Below are positions 50,347 through 61,343 of a stretch of 64,000 nucleotides of DNA, in pieces. The stretch is from an uncultured Verrucomicrobiae bacterium (lineage in GTDB: Bacteria > Verrucomicrobiota > Verrucomicrobiia > Chthoniobacterales > JAFAMB01): the NCBI GenBank assembly GCA_963813025.1, contig CAWEXO010000011.1:256001-320000 (forward strand), given 5' to 3'. The notes beneath the pieces were generated by a model, which searched no databases, was not told the DNA's origin, and saw nothing but the letters and a program-made list of their open reading frames with translations. A program made the translations under genes and the position numbers. The first letter of the stretch is position 1, and the number at the start of each line of letters is the position of its first letter.

Positions 50347-51504
50347 TCAACCGTTACGCGACCAAGACGGCTCAGAAATCCTCCCCAGACCTCCGATGAT
50401 CCGCATCTCATGACCGGCGGCAGTATCAAACATGTACAAACCGTTGCCGCGAGAAAAAAGGATGTGCCGGGAGTCCGGACCCCAAACCGGATTTTCCCCG
50501 TCGCTGACCAACTCCTTGGCCGAGCCCGAGTTGAGATCGAGCTGCGCGACCTGAAAACTGCCGCCGCTCCGGACGTTAAAGACTACCTTGGTACCGTCAG
50601 GCGACCAACTCGGCTCCGTACAATAGCCGAAGCCGGTTGCCACCAGACGTCCGGTACCGCCAGCGGCGGAAATGCGATAGAGCTGCGGAGTTCCCGCAGC
50701 ATCGGAAGTGTAGACAAGTTCGTTACCGGCCGGCGAAAATGTCGGCGATGACTCCACTCCAGGGGTATGGGTCAGGCGGCGTGGCGAGTCTCCGTTGATT
50801 CCTAATATGTAAAGCTCCGGATTGCCATCTTTGCTCAAGGTGCACGCGATTTCTCTCCCATCCGGGGAAAACGTCGGACCGGTATTGGTACCGGGAAATT
50901 TGACGATGCGATTGCGCGCGCCCGTCATGAGGTCAACCAGGTAAATGTCGGCGTAACCGCTCTGGTAGCCGGTGTACACCAATTTTCGGGCGTCCGGCGA
51001 CAAGGAGGGGTGGACACTGATGGCATTGTCATGAGTGAGCTGAACGGCATTCGCTCCGTCATAATCGGCCACATAGATTTCCTTGTGCCCAGTCCGGCTG
51101 GCGACGAAAGCGATCCGAGACGTGGCGATCCCTGGCTTCCCGGTCAATGTCTTTACGAGATCATCACTAAACTGGTGGACGACTCGGCGTCCTTCTCCAG
51201 AGTAGGTTTTGTCCAGAACGACGCCACCGGTTTTGTCGATCGCCTGACCATGGAAACTCTCCGGATTGGCGCCCCCGCTAATCGTGACCGTAGCGCTCGC
51301 GGGATCACCGACAGTCAGGGCGCCAGATAGCTCGATGTCGTTGCGCAAAACACCAGTCGCCGCCGGACCGCTCGGGCCGGGGACCTCCTTCAGATCACAA
51401 ACGATCGCGGTCCCCTTGCGGATCGTGATCACGGGGGATTGTGCGTCCTCCGCAGCTAGACCGGTTGCCGTGAGGAGCAGAAAACAAGCAAAAAGCTTCG
51501 TCAT
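50347..51504 (-). CDS. tolB: Tol-Pal beta-propeller protein TolB
   Basis: SRIAFV, EIYVADYDG, repeated PD40 P.(W/F)SP.G motifs. Confidence 0.92.
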   Translation of the reverse strand: MTKLFACFLLLTATGLAAEDAQSPVITIRKGTAIVCDLKEVPGPSGPAATGVLRNDIELSGALTVGDPASATVTISGGANPESFHGQAIDKTGGVVLDKTYSGEGRRVVHQFSDDLVKTLTGKPGIATSRIAFVASRTGHKEIYVADYDGANAVQLTHDNAISVHPSLSPDARKLVYTGYQSGYADIYLVDLMTGARNRIVKFPGTNTGPTFSPDGREIACTLSKDGNPELYILGINGDSPRRLTHTPGVESSPTFSPAGNELVYTSDAAGTPQLYRISAAGGTGRLVATGFGYCTEPSWSPDGTKVVFNVRSGGSFQVAQLDLNSGSAKELVSDGENPVWGPDSRHILFSRGNGLYMFDTAAGHEMRIIGGLGRISEPSWSRNG

Positions 51505-51579
51505 GAAAAAACCTCTCGCGATTTAACAAGCTGGCGCGGCAAGTCAAGGAGAAGGATAAAGACAGCGACGAAAATTCGC

Positions 51580-51822
51580 TCACGCCAGGTGATTGTCCTG
51601 GAGAAACTCCAGAGCCTTGGCCAAGCTCATTCGCTGCAAAAAATGCACCAGCATCGGGTCGGCGTCCGTCGGCAGCTCGGCTTTCAGCCGATCGAGCTCT
51701 TCGGAGTTTGCTTTGAGCCGGGAAAGTTGCTCGGCCGGATTCCGCTTCAGCTCCGCATCCCGGATAATGCCGAAGCGGCACCGCAAGTTGCTCGCCAAGT
51801 CCGAATAGTAATCCACCGCCAA
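51580..51822 (-). CDS. hypothetical helical protein, 80 aa
   Basis: Protein-like ORF (DPMLVHFLQRMSLAKALEFL) co-oriented with tolB. Confidence 0.6.
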   Translation of the reverse strand: MAVDYYSDLASNLRCRFGIIRDAELKRNPAEQLSRLKANSEELDRLKAELPTDADPMLVHFLQRMSLAKALEFLQDNHLA

Positions 51823-51847
51823 TCTAGTTATCGCCGAATTGGCCGGT

Positions 51848-52065
51848 GTTCAAGGAAGTTCAGGGAAGTTCAAGGAAGTTCGGGGAAAAGGAACTCGGCC
51901 AGAGACAGCGTTCAGCTCGTTAGTGGCTTCGTCATGCAACTACCGAAAACCTTCCAAGCCTCCTGTTAGAAGTAGCCTCTGTCATCTCGCCTTCCCTGAA
52001 CTTCCCTGAACTTCCCTGAACTTCCCTGAACTTCCTTGAACTTCCTTGAACTTCCTTGAACTTCC
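51848..52065. repeat. inverted 10-mer tandem-repeat cassette
   Basis: Four GTTCRRGGAA units at 51848-51887, about 100-bp spacer, then seven CTTCCYTGAA units plus a partial unit at 51991-52065. Confidence 0.9.
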
Positions 52066-52101
52066 GTTGTACTCGAAACTGACCTCGCGCACCGCAACGG
52101 C

Positions 52102-53343
52102 ATGAAAAGACCACCCCTGACAACCATTCTTTGTATTGTTTTTATCGATCTGATCGGGTTCGGAATGATCATCCCGATCCTGCCGCTGTACGCCGCGCGA
52201 TTTCAGGCTTCCGAATGGCAGATCGGGATTCTCTTGGCTTGTTATTCTTTCATGCAGTTCCTGTCCTCACCGGTTCTTGGATGGTTGTCCGACCGGTTCG
52301 GCCGGCGACCGGTTCTACTCTGCAGCTTGCTGGGATCGATGATCGGCTACATCCTGATGGCCAACGCCCGTTCGCTCGCGCTGCTCTTTGCCGCCCGGAT
52401 AATTTCCGGAATAGCGGGCGCCAGCGTCGGCACCGCATCTGCCTATATCGCGGACATCACGCCGCCGGAGAACCGGTCGCGCCGGATCGGCTTGATTGGC
52501 GCGGCATTCGGCATCGGCTTTGTGCTGGGACCCGCGATCGGAGGCATCCTGAGTCATTTCTCTGTGATCGCGCCGTTCTGGTTTGCCGCGGGGCTTTCTT
52601 TCCTGAACGCTCTGGCAGTTATCGCGTTTCTCCCGGAGCCGGTTCGTCACGCCGAACGCACCGGCCGTGCCGGTATCGCGGAAGTCCTTCGTCAAGCCGG
52701 CAGCTGGCGGTTGGCTGTCTTGATCTTGACTTACTTCGTCGCGATTGCCGGGTTTGCCATTGTGACGATGATATATCCACAAGTGAGCGAGCGCCGCTTT
52801 GGATTGAACCAGAGTCAAATCAGCTATCTCTTCGTGTTAATGGGCCTGATCGGGGCCGCGATTCAGGGGGGAGGAATTGGACGGCTCAGTCGACGATTTG
52901 GCGATCTGCATCTGGCGTGCGCCGGGCTGGCGATTATGGCCGTCAGCATGTGCTTGATGCCACTGGCGAGCTCGCTCTGGATGTTCGTCATCTTCACCAT
53001 TGGACTGGCCGTCGGCAACAGCCTTTCCCAGCCGACGCTCAATGCAATCGCTTCGAAAGGCGCAAGCGCAGCGCTCCAAGGACGAGTCCTCGGCTCACTG
53101 CAGTCAGCGGGAAGTCTGGGTCGTGTTTTCGGTCCAGTGATCGGCGGTGTCTTGCTGACCAGCGACCATCCGCGGCCAAATATTGAGTATGGCAACAGCC
53201 CTTTTCGAGTCGGCGGAATCGTGATGGCGGCGGCCTTTTTGGTCGCCCTGTCCTTGTTCCGGTCTACATCGCACCGCCTGGAGCCGCTGATAGCCGAAAG
53301 CAAACAGTCCAGCAGCAAGCCTGCATCGCCAACAAATCCGTAG
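52102..53343 (+). CDS. MFS transporter, TetA/DHA1-like
   Basis: D.IGFGMIIP.LP; motif A GWLSDRFGRRPVL; AYIADIT; GFVLGPAIGG. Confidence 0.93.
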   Translation: MKRPPLTTILCIVFIDLIGFGMIIPILPLYAARFQASEWQIGILLACYSFMQFLSSPVLGWLSDRFGRRPVLLCSLLGSMIGYILMANARSLALLFAARIISGIAGASVGTASAYIADITPPENRSRRIGLIGAAFGIGFVLGPAIGGILSHFSVIAPFWFAAGLSFLNALAVIAFLPEPVRHAERTGRAGIAEVLRQAGSWRLAVLILTYFVAIAGFAIVTMIYPQVSERRFGLNQSQISYLFVLMGLIGAAIQGGGIGRLSRRFGDLHLACAGLAIMAVSMCLMPLASSLWMFVIFTIGLAVGNSLSQPTLNAIASKGASAALQGRVLGSLQSAGSLGRVFGPVIGGVLLTSDHPRPNIEYGNSPFRVGGIVMAAAFLVALSLFRSTSHRLEPLIAESKQSSSKPASPTNP

Positions 53344-53379
53344 GGAGTTGCTAGCGATGGACGGCTCTGGCCATTGGGC

Positions 53380-54138
53380 TCAGCCCAGCGACGAGGAAGC
53401 GGGTATGACAGCCCGCAGGTCCTCTGAGCGCATCTGCTCCAAGATCAATTTCAGGGCCGCCACCGAAACAGCAGAATGCTCGTGCAACAACAGGATTGCT
53501 CCCGGACGCAGCCCATTCTGTATTCGGTTGAAAATGCGCTCAGGACGTGTGTGGCCACTGTCAAAACCGCGCACCGACCAGCCGATCAGCCGCAATGAAC
53601 GCGCCGCCAGAATGGGATGAACAAATGGATTCTTCATCCCCGCAGGAGCTCGGAAAAGTCCGGGAACCGGCAGTGCAAACTCTCGTGCAATTGCTTCAAA
53701 ACCGTCGATCTCCCAGCGAAGCCGTTGCGGGGCAAAAGACCAGAACCAAAAGCGCGGGTGGGTCTTGGTATGATTGCCTAAGCTGTGACCTGCAGCAGCG
53801 ATTTGCTGAGCCAAGTGCGGCCATCGCGCGATATTGTCGCCGACCAGGAAAAAGGTCGCCTTCGCATCGAATTCGGCGAGCAGATCGAGAATGGCCAGGG
53901 TGGTACACGGATTTGGTCCGTCATCAATCGTCAGCCAAACTCCTCGGCTTTGCGTCTGAAAGCTTGTCGCAACTCGACCAAAGCCCTGCAGCGAAGGCCA
54001 CAGAGTGGTGGTGATCAGAGCGATATGGGAAAGGCAGAGAATCCAAAGCGACTCGAGGTACCCGGCTATCACCAGGGCCAACGTGAGGAACGGTGCGACG
54101 ACGATATACCAGAGTAAATAAGTCGGACGGAACTGCAC
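53380..54138 (-). CDS. polysaccharide deacetylase (CE4/NodB)
   Basis: LTIDDGP, ATFFLVG, GNHTKTH, FRAPAG, ILLLHE. Confidence 0.92.
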   Translation of the reverse strand: MQFRPTYLLWYIVVAPFLTLALVIAGYLESLWILCLSHIALITTTLWPSLQGFGRVATSFQTQSRGVWLTIDDGPNPCTTLAILDLLAEFDAKATFFLVGDNIARWPHLAQQIAAAGHSLGNHTKTHPRFWFWSFAPQRLRWEIDGFEAIAREFALPVPGLFRAPAGMKNPFVHPILAARSLRLIGWSVRGFDSGHTRPERIFNRIQNGLRPGAILLLHEHSAVSVAALKLILEQMRSEDLRAVIPASSSLG

Positions 54139-54231
54139 CCTGATCTTTCTGCCATGTTCCTTGTCGCAAAAAAGGCTTTTTGCAAGAAAACGGCAGCCGC
54201 TGGTAAGCCGGTTTTAATTCATTCGCCGCGC

Positions 54232-54398
54232 GTCGTGGAGTGCGTGCGACTTGTCGCGGTTTTAGGATCCGCGCGGAATGCGGCCTGCTCCAAGGGCGGA
54301 ACCACGAAGTGAGGATCTCTCTGGCGAAAGGACCCGCTTGTCGAGGACCGCGCTCTGCGCGGTCTCAAAGCGGCGGCAAGTCGCACGCACTCCACGAC
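54232..54398. repeat. REP-doublet (REPIN-like) hairpin with 32-bp arms
   Basis: GTCGTGGAGTGCGTGCGACTTGTCGCGGTTTT (54232-54263) versus AAAGCGGCGGCAAGTCGCACGCACTCCACGAC (54367-54398). Confidence 0.8.
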
Positions 54399-54419
54399 TT
54401 GTCCACGCTACAGGCCTGC

Positions 54420-55031
54420 CTAGCGTGAGTACAGCTCGACGACGAGCTGCTCATTCACAATCGGGGCGATTTCTTCCCGGGTAGGAACTCGAACCATTTT
54501 TCCCTGAAACTGGTCCTTATCCGCGACTAACCAATCGGGCACATTCAGGATCTGAGTAAGCTCCATGTTGCGCGTCGTCAAGCGCCGGGACGAGGGCCGA
54601 TCTTTGATCGTCACGAGGTCCCCCGGCTTCAGGTTGAACGATGAAATGTTCACCTTGCGGCCATTGACCAATACGTGTCCGTGGGAAACCAACTGTCGCG
54701 CACCGCTTCGCGAATTCGCAAAACCCAGCCGGTAAACAACATTGTCCAGCCGCGTTTCCAGCATCTGCAGGAGCGTCTCACCAGTGACTCCGCGTTTCCG
54801 CAGAGCGGTCTCGAAATAGCGACGGAACTGGCGTTCCATCAGTCCATATTGTAAACGCAGTTTCTGTTTTTCTCCGAGCGCAACCGAATAGTCAGAGTGC
54901 TTGCGTCGCGAACCTTTGGGTCCGTGCATTCCCGGAGGATAATTCTTACGCTCGAGCGCTTTGCTCGGGCCAAATAGCGCGACGCCGTAGCGGCGACTTA
55001 TCTTTGATTTAGGACCTGTATAACGAGCCAT
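54420..55031 (-). CDS. rpsD: 30S ribosomal protein S4
   Basis: MARYTGPK, EKQKLR, LETRLDNVVYRLG, VVELYSR. Confidence 0.99.
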   Translation of the reverse strand: MARYTGPKSKISRRYGVALFGPSKALERKNYPPGMHGPKGSRRKHSDYSVALGEKQKLRLQYGLMERQFRRYFETALRKRGVTGETLLQMLETRLDNVVYRLGFANSRSGARQLVSHGHVLVNGRKVNISSFNLKPGDLVTIKDRPSSRRLTTRNMELTQILNVPDWLVADKDQFQGKMVRVPTREEIAPIVNEQLVVELYSR

Positions 55032-55049
55032 CTTCCAAATTCCTGATTC

Positions 55050-55616
55050 TCAGACACGCCGCTGTTTTGGCGGCCGGCACCCGTTGTGCGGGACCGGAGT
55101 GACGTCGCGAATAACCGATATTTCGAGTCCGATTGCCTGCATGGCGCGCACGGCTGATTCGCGCCCGGCGCCTGGTCCTTTTACCAGGACTTCCACTTCC
55201 TTCAGACCGTGGCCCATCGCCTGGCGGGAAGCGTCCTGCGCAACAAGTTGAGCCGCATACGCCGTGCTTTTGCGCGAGCCTTTAAACCCGACCTTACCCG
55301 CACTTGACCAGCCAATCACGTTACCGGCCGGGTCGGTGATGGAGACGATCGTGTTATTAAAAGTGGCCAAAACATGCGCTATTCCCGAGCTGACATTCTT
55401 GCTGCCCCTCGCCTTGATAATCTTCGACTTGTCGCCTTCGTTCGCGCTGAGGGACAGTGACGGTTTCTCCGCCCCCTCTCTTTTCGTTTTGGTCTTGGGA
55501 GATCTCGCTGCCTTGGGCCCGTCCGGTACGGGAGAGGCCGGAGACGCGGGAATCTCCGCGGCGGGAGTTGTCGCCGCCACCGGTTCCGATGCTGGAATCA
55601 CATTTTCGTCAGCCAT
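55050..55616 (-). CDS. rpsK: 30S ribosomal protein S11 with N-terminal extension
   Basis: [39 protein letters not shown]. Confidence 0.98.
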   Translation of the reverse strand: MADENVIPASEPVAATTPAAEIPASPASPVPDGPKAARSPKTKTKREGAEKPSLSLSANEGDKSKIIKARGSKNVSSGIAHVLATFNNTIVSITDPAGNVIGWSSAGKVGFKGSRKSTAYAAQLVAQDASRQAMGHGLKEVEVLVKGPGAGRESAVRAMQAIGLEISVIRDVTPVPHNGCRPPKQRRV

Positions 55617-55640
55617 GAATAAAATCTCACTAAAGCCCGC

Positions 55641-56036
55641 TTATACCTTCCCCGCTTTGGCGTCCTTGTTCCGCTGAACGCCGACAGTTTTGCGCGGACC
55701 TTTTCTCGTGCGGGCATTGGTTGAGGTCCGCTGTCCTCGGACGGGCAAACCGCGAATGTGGCGAATGCCCCGGTAACAGCGGATCGCTTGAAGCCGCTTC
55801 AAATTGCCCTGAATTTCGCGGCGCAGATCACCCTCGACCAACAAGCCGCTGCCGTTGATCGCGTGCACGATTTCCCCGAGCTGCTCCGGTGTAAGATTTT
55901 TAGCGCGAACATTCGGATCGATATTCGCTTGTTCCAGGATCTTGCGGGCGGTTTTCGGCCCGACGCCGTAGATATAAGGCAACGACGCTTCAATCCGTTT
56001 ATCTCCCGGTATTTCAACTCCAAGTAATCGAGGCAT
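55641..56036 (-). CDS. rpsM: 30S ribosomal protein S13
   Basis: [30 protein letters not shown]. Confidence 0.99.
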   Translation of the reverse strand: MPRLLGVEIPGDKRIEASLPYIYGVGPKTARKILEQANIDPNVRAKNLTPEQLGEIVHAINGSGLLVEGDLRREIQGNLKRLQAIRCYRGIRHIRGLPVRGQRTSTNARTRKGPRKTVGVQRNKDAKAGKV

Positions 56037-56069
56037 ATCAATATCGGCTAAAAGCTTAATGCATTCAAC

Positions 56070-56184
56070 CTAGCCCTGTCTCTGTTTGTGCCGTGGATTT
56101 TTGCAAACCACGCGCACAACGTTCTTTCCGTTTTATCACTCGGCAGCTCTCACACAGCCGCTTCACTGAAGGTCGTACTTTCAT
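56070..56184 (-). CDS. rpmJ: 50S ribosomal protein L36 (one extra base)
   Basis: MKVRPSVKRLCESCRVIKRK / NVVRVVCKNPRHKQRQG*. Confidence 0.95.
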
Positions 56185-56270
56185 TGCAGGTTTGTCCAAA
56201 AAAGAGGACAAAAAAACGCTTCCCATCATGCTTACCGCGAAGGGGAGCGTCCGCGTTCACTAATTACCGA

Positions 56271-56486
56271 TCAACGCCGGAACCGTGATTCGGCCTTTCT
56301 CAGGTCGTAAGGCGACACTTCTACCATAACTTTGTCGCCTGGCAAGATCCGAATGAAATGCAGTCGCATTTTCCCAGAGATATGCGCCAGGATCCGGTGC
56401 CCATTGGGCAATTCGACCCGGAACATCGTATTCGGCAACAACTCAACTACCTTGCCTTCAACTTCGATGACGTCTTTTCGCGCCAT
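56271..56486 (-). CDS. infA: translation initiation factor IF-1
   Basis: [36 protein letters not shown]-terminus garbled by indels. Confidence 0.96.
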   Translation of the reverse strand: MARKDVIEVEGKVVELLPNTMFRVELPNGHRILAHISGKMRLHFIRILPGDKVMVEVSPYDLRKAESRFRR

Positions 56487-57226
56487 GTCAAAACTTCGGG
56501 TTCCCCTTTCGTCACTAAGACCGTGTGTTCAAAGTGAGCCGATGGCAGCTGGTCGGCGGTCACCACCGTCCAATCGTCTTCTAAAACGCGGACAGCCGGA
56601 CGTCCTATAGTTCACCATCGGCTCGATCGCCAAGGTCATGCCGGCCTGCAATTTCGCGGTCGCACCCGGAGTCCGGTAATTAGGGATCTGCGGTTCCTCG
56701 TGCAAATGGCATCCCACGCCATGGCCGACAAACTCTCGCACCACACTGAATCCATTGGTCTCCACTTCATCCTGGATCGCCGCGCAAAGCTCGCTGAGGC
56801 GACGCCCTTCCCGCGCTTTGTCAATGCCCTTGCTGCAAAGCCTCTTCCGTGACCGCCAACAGCCTCTGCGCCTCCTCGGTAAATAACGCCGACCGGCACC
56901 GTTGCAGCAGTATCGCCCACGAATCCGCTCAAAATAACCCCGATGTCCAGTTTCACGAGATCTCCATACTGGATCCGACGCGGGCCGCCAATACCGTGGA
57001 CGACTTCGTCGTTGATGGATATGCAAATATTGCCAGGGAAACGCTTGTAGCCCAGAAAGGCGCTGCGGCAACCCGCATCGGCCATGAGTTTAGCCGCCGC
57101 CAAATCCACTTCCCGCGTTGTCACCCCGGGGTAGATCATTGCACTCACCGCATCCAGCACTTGGCTGGCCAGACGACAGGAAGCCCGCATTTTTTCCACT
57201 TCTTGCGCTGTCTTAATCGGAATCAT
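56447..57226 (-). CDS. map: methionine aminopeptidase type I (frameshifts)
   Basis: [45 protein letters not shown]. Confidence 0.95.
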
Positions 57227-57866
57227 CCACAATCGCTCTCTGCACGTCGGCAAATACTTGATCTACATCGCGGTCGCCATTGATGACGGTCAATATACCG
57301 CGTTCGAAATAAAAATCCGTAACGGGCACGGTTTTCTTCCGGAACTCAGCGAGACGCGTTGCCAGAGCTTCGCAATTGTCGTCCGCTCGCACCTCCAGAA
57401 CACCGCCGCAGTTTGGACATGGGTCACTCTTTCTCCGCAATTGGTGTCCCAGCGTGACTGCCTTTCCGCAGTTGCGGCAGGTCAACCTGCTCGCCATGCG
57501 CTGCACAACGGTACTTTCCGACACATCGATAAACAGTGCGAGTTGGAGTGGTTGCCTGCGCCGATCAAGCAAACGCTCGAAGCCGATGGCCTGAGGCAAG
57601 GTACGCGGAAAACCGTCAAAGCCGAACGAGTCTCCGCAGAGATCGATCCAGGCCGCGACGACCTGCATGACCAGGTCGTCCGGCGCAAAGCTCCCGGACG
57701 CGATTATCGCCTTGATCTCCCGGCCCAAAGCGGTTCCATATTTGGCTTCCTCGCGCAGAATCGCTCCGGTAGAGGTAACCCGGATGCCCAACTTTTGCTG
57801 GATCAAGTCCGACTGGGTGCCCTTGCCCGAAGCAGGCGGTCCGAGAAGTACAATGCGCCTTTTCAC
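57213..57866 (-). CDS. adk: adenylate kinase
   Basis: GPPASGKGTQ, STG.ILR, DGFPRT, zinc lid CxxC...CxxC. Confidence 0.96.
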   Translation of the reverse strand: MKRRIVLLGPPASGKGTQSDLIQQKLGIRVTSTGAILREEAKYGTALGREIKAIIASGSFAPDDLVMQVVAAWIDLCGDSFGFDGFPRTLPQAIGFERLLDRRRQPLQLALFIDVSESTVVQRMASRLTCRNCGKAVTLGHQLRRKSDPCPNCGGVLEVRADDNCEALATRLAEFRKKTVPVTDFYFERGILTVINGDRDVDQVFADVQRAIVDDSD

Positions 57867-57883
57867 CCTCTGAGACGGCCACG

Positions 57884-59393
57884 CTAGCGCTGGTTAAAGA
57901 AAATCGAAGCAGCTACGCCGACGACCGCAACCGCGGCAAAGGCAACGAAGAGCCACAAAAGAGTCTTCTCTTTGACGACGGAGCCGGTACTAGCGGTCAC
58001 TCTCTCGAAGCGGCCCCGCAGCCGGCCTTTCCGCAAAAAGCCGTCGTAATGGCGTTGCAAGAGGTGGGTCTCAACCTGGCGCATGGTGTCAAGCAGGACG
58101 CCAACGATGATGAGCACACTGGTGCCGCCGAAGAATCGCGCGGTCATCCGGGGAACGCCGCAAAGGGTGATGAGTGTCTCGGGAATGACGGCGATGATGG
58201 TCAGGAACAAGGCGCCGGCAAAGGTGAGCCGGGTCAGGCTGAACTCCAGGAAGTCGGCGGTCGGTTTTCCCGGACGAACGCCTGGAATGTAGCCGTCGTA
58301 CTTTTTCAGGTCATCCGCGATCTGCGCCGGCTGGAATTGCGTTGCGACCCAGAAATAACTGAAGAAGAAGATCAGGGCGGCGGTCATGAGCGTAATGCAG
58401 CCAGCCGACGGCTAGCGCGTTGGAAAGTCGGACCGCCCATTCGGCGTTGCGGAACGCCATGCTCAAGATCGTGGACGGAAAGAGAAGGATCGCCTGGGCG
58501 AAGATGATCGGCATCACGCCGACCGCGTTGACCTTTAAAGGCATATATTGCGTCTGACCGCCATAGACCTTTCGCCCGACAACGCGCTTCGCGTATTGAA
58601 CGCTGACTCGCCGCTGCCCTTGGGTCAGCGCGATTACACCGGCGATCACGATGACCAGGAACACGATCATGAGTACGAGCACCATCGGACTCACCTGGCT
58701 GGGGCGCCGCTCGCCGGAACGAACGTGTTCCACGCCTGGACGAGTGCGCCCGGCAGTGCGGCGACGATGCCCACCGTGATGATCATCGACATCCCGTTGC
58801 CAATGCCGCGATCGGTAATCTGGTCGCCGATCCACATCAAGAACATAGTTCCGGCGCTCAGCGTGATGACCGTCACGATCTGGAAGCCGAGCCCGGGATT
58901 AGTGACCAAAGGATCCAAGTCTTGCGGTCACCGCGCCGATGCCCTGGAGGAAGGGATTGGAGGCAGGGTTTTCCATCGAAACTGCCAGCAGATAGCCTTG
59001 GAACAGACAAAGCGCGAGCGTCGCGTACCGGGTGTACTGCATGATCTTCTGCCGGCCGCCAGTCTCCTCCCGCGTCAGCTTGTTCAATCGCGGGATCAAC
59101 CGCCGTCAGCAACTGCATCATGATCGAGGCGCTGATGTAGGGCATGATGCCAAGCGAAAAAACGGCGCAATGCTCCAAGCGCGCCGCCGGCAAAGATATT
59201 GAAAAGCGCGGCGACATCCCCCGCTGCTCGCCCGCGCCATCTCGCTGTTGAACCACTCATTCAGCACATGTGCGTTCACCCCGGGGATAGTGATCGCGGC
59301 GCCCGCCCGAACGATCACCAGCATCCCGAGCGTGAACAGAATCCGCTGACGTAGCTCCGGAATTTTAAAGATATTGGTAAAAGCGGAGATCAT
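57884..59393 (-). CDS. secY: preprotein translocase subunit SecY (frameshifts)
   Basis: [55 protein letters not shown] across fragments. Confidence 0.96.
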
Positions 59394-59407
59394 GGTGGAG
59401 CACTCGG

Positions 59408-59853
59408 TTAGGCGCGAATGATCACGGTGCCGCCCGCTCGTTCGATCTTTTGCCTCGCCGCTTCGCTGAACGTCGGCTTCGATCGTCAGCTTCTTTTTCA
59501 GTTCGCCTCGGCCAAGAATCTTCAGGCCGTCAACGTTCCCGCGGATGAAGCCCTTGTCGCGAAGAACCTGCTCGTTGACGTGGCTGCCAGCGTCAAACTC
59601 GCTCAGATCGCCGAGGTTGACGATGGCGTACGCTTTCTTGAAACGCAGTTGTTGTTAAAACCGCGTTTGGGCAGGCGGCGAATCAGCGGCATCTGACCGC
59701 CTTCAAACCCGAGCCGGATGCTGCCGCCCGAACGGGCTTTCTGGCCCTTGTGGCCTTTGCCGCTGGTCTTGCCGTGGCCGGAACTCTCGCCGCAGCCGAG
59801 GCGTTTGACCCGATGCTTCGCGCCGGCCGCGGCTTCAGTTTGTGTAACCGCAT
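59408..59853 (-). CDS. rplO: 50S ribosomal protein L15 (frameshifts)
   Basis: Manual: [25 protein letters not shown]...[18 protein letters not shown]. Confidence 0.93.
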
Positions 59854-59872
59854 AACAAATCGTTCCGTTCGC

Positions 59873-60395
59873 TCAGGCGTTGCTTGTGCTGCCGCGGAGC
59901 CTGAAAATCTCTGCCCGGTGCCGGAGCGATCGCAGCGCCTCGATCGTGGCTTTCACCACATTTGCGTGATTGCTGGAGCCAAGCGATTTCGCCAGCACGT
60001 CCTTGATGCCCGCCGCTTCGACCACCGCGCGCACGCCGCCGCCGGCAATCACGCCGGTGCCCGGAGAAGCGGGCCGCAGAAGAACGCGACCGCCACCAAA
60101 TTCGCCGATGACTTCATGCGGAATGGTGTTCTCGTGGACGGCAACGCGCACCATCGCTTTGCGTGCGGATTCGGAAGCTTTGCGAATCGCTTCCGAGACT
60201 TCATTCGCTTTCCCGAAGCCGTAGCCGACTTTGCCCTTGTGGTCGCCGGCCACGATGAGCGCGCTGAAACTAAAACGTCGTCCGCCTTTCACAACTTTCG
60301 CGCAGCGATTGATAAACACTACTTTTTCGGTAGTATCACCTTTTGTCTCGGCGGTCGCCTGCGGGATCATTTCGACGATGTCTTGCGTCTGCCAT
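59873..60395 (-). CDS. rpsE: 30S ribosomal protein S5
   Basis: [28 protein letters not shown]; 5' end probably frameshifted. Confidence 0.97.
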
Positions 60396-60408
60396 AATTT
60401 TGAAAAAT

Positions 60409-60769
60409 CTAGAACTGAAGGCCGGCAGCACGCGCCGCATCGGCCAACGCTTTCACTCTCCCATGGTAGCCAAAGCCGCCCCGGTCAAATACCACGGTTT
60501 TCACGTTTTGCTGTAAACTGCTTTCCGCGACCAAGCGTGCCGACTTTCTCCGCCAGTCGCCACGTTAACCGTGCGGGCGCCGTTCGCCCCGAAGTCCCGC
60601 TTCCGCGGTGGACGCGGCCGCCAGGGTTTTGCCGCGCGCATCGTCGATCACTTGGGCATAAATGTGCTGACCGGAAATGTGCACCGAGAGACGCGGACGT
60701 TCCGTCGTGCCCGCCACTTTTTGCGAATCCGGTCGGTGCCGTATTTTTCGGCGATCGAACTGTTGCCAT
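60409..60769 (-). CDS. rplR: 50S ribosomal protein L18 (frameshifts)
   Basis: Manual fragments ...HIYAQVIDD..., [19 protein letters not shown]; position between rplF and rpsE. Confidence 0.9.
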
Positions 60770-60788
60770 TGTTTCCTTTCCGTCTCCG

Positions 60789-61333
60789 TTATTGGACCGT
60801 TTTGCCTTCCTTGCGCCTGATCTGTTCGCCGGCGTAGCGGATGCCTTTGCCTTTATAGGGCTCCGGCGGGTAGATACGCCCGAATATCGGCGGCCACCTG
60901 GCCGACCATCTGTTTGTCGATTCCTTCGATCAAAATCTTCGTGTTTTCCTGTACCGTGATTTTGATCCCTTCCGGAATCGGAAACACCACCGGGTGCGAG
61001 AAACCGAGGCTCAGATTCAGATTTGTTCCCCTGAACCTGGGCGCGGAAGCCGACGCCCTGAATCTCGAGGCTTTTCTGAAACCCCTGGCTCACGCCCATC
61101 ACCATGTTCTGAACAAGACTCGGGAAAGACCATGCAGGGCTCGACACGCTTCTTGTTTCCTCAGCCGCGCTCGAGAGCCGCGTGCTCGACCTTCAACGCC
61201 GAGCTTGATCTGCGGCGGCAATGTCCAGTCCAGCTTGCCTTTCGGACCTTCGACCGTCACGGCGCCGCCGTCGGCAACATCAAGCTTTACTTTTTCCGGC
61301 AACTCGAATCCGTTTATTTCCGATTCGCGACAT
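60789..61333 (-). CDS. rplF: 50S ribosomal protein L6 (frameshifts)
   Basis: [32 protein letters not shown]. Confidence 0.93.
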
Positions 61334-61343
61334 TTCGACCTCC

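Noticed and set aside
51848..52065. CRISPR array
   Set aside because: Units are 10 bp, contiguous and without unique spacers; no cas genes are present.
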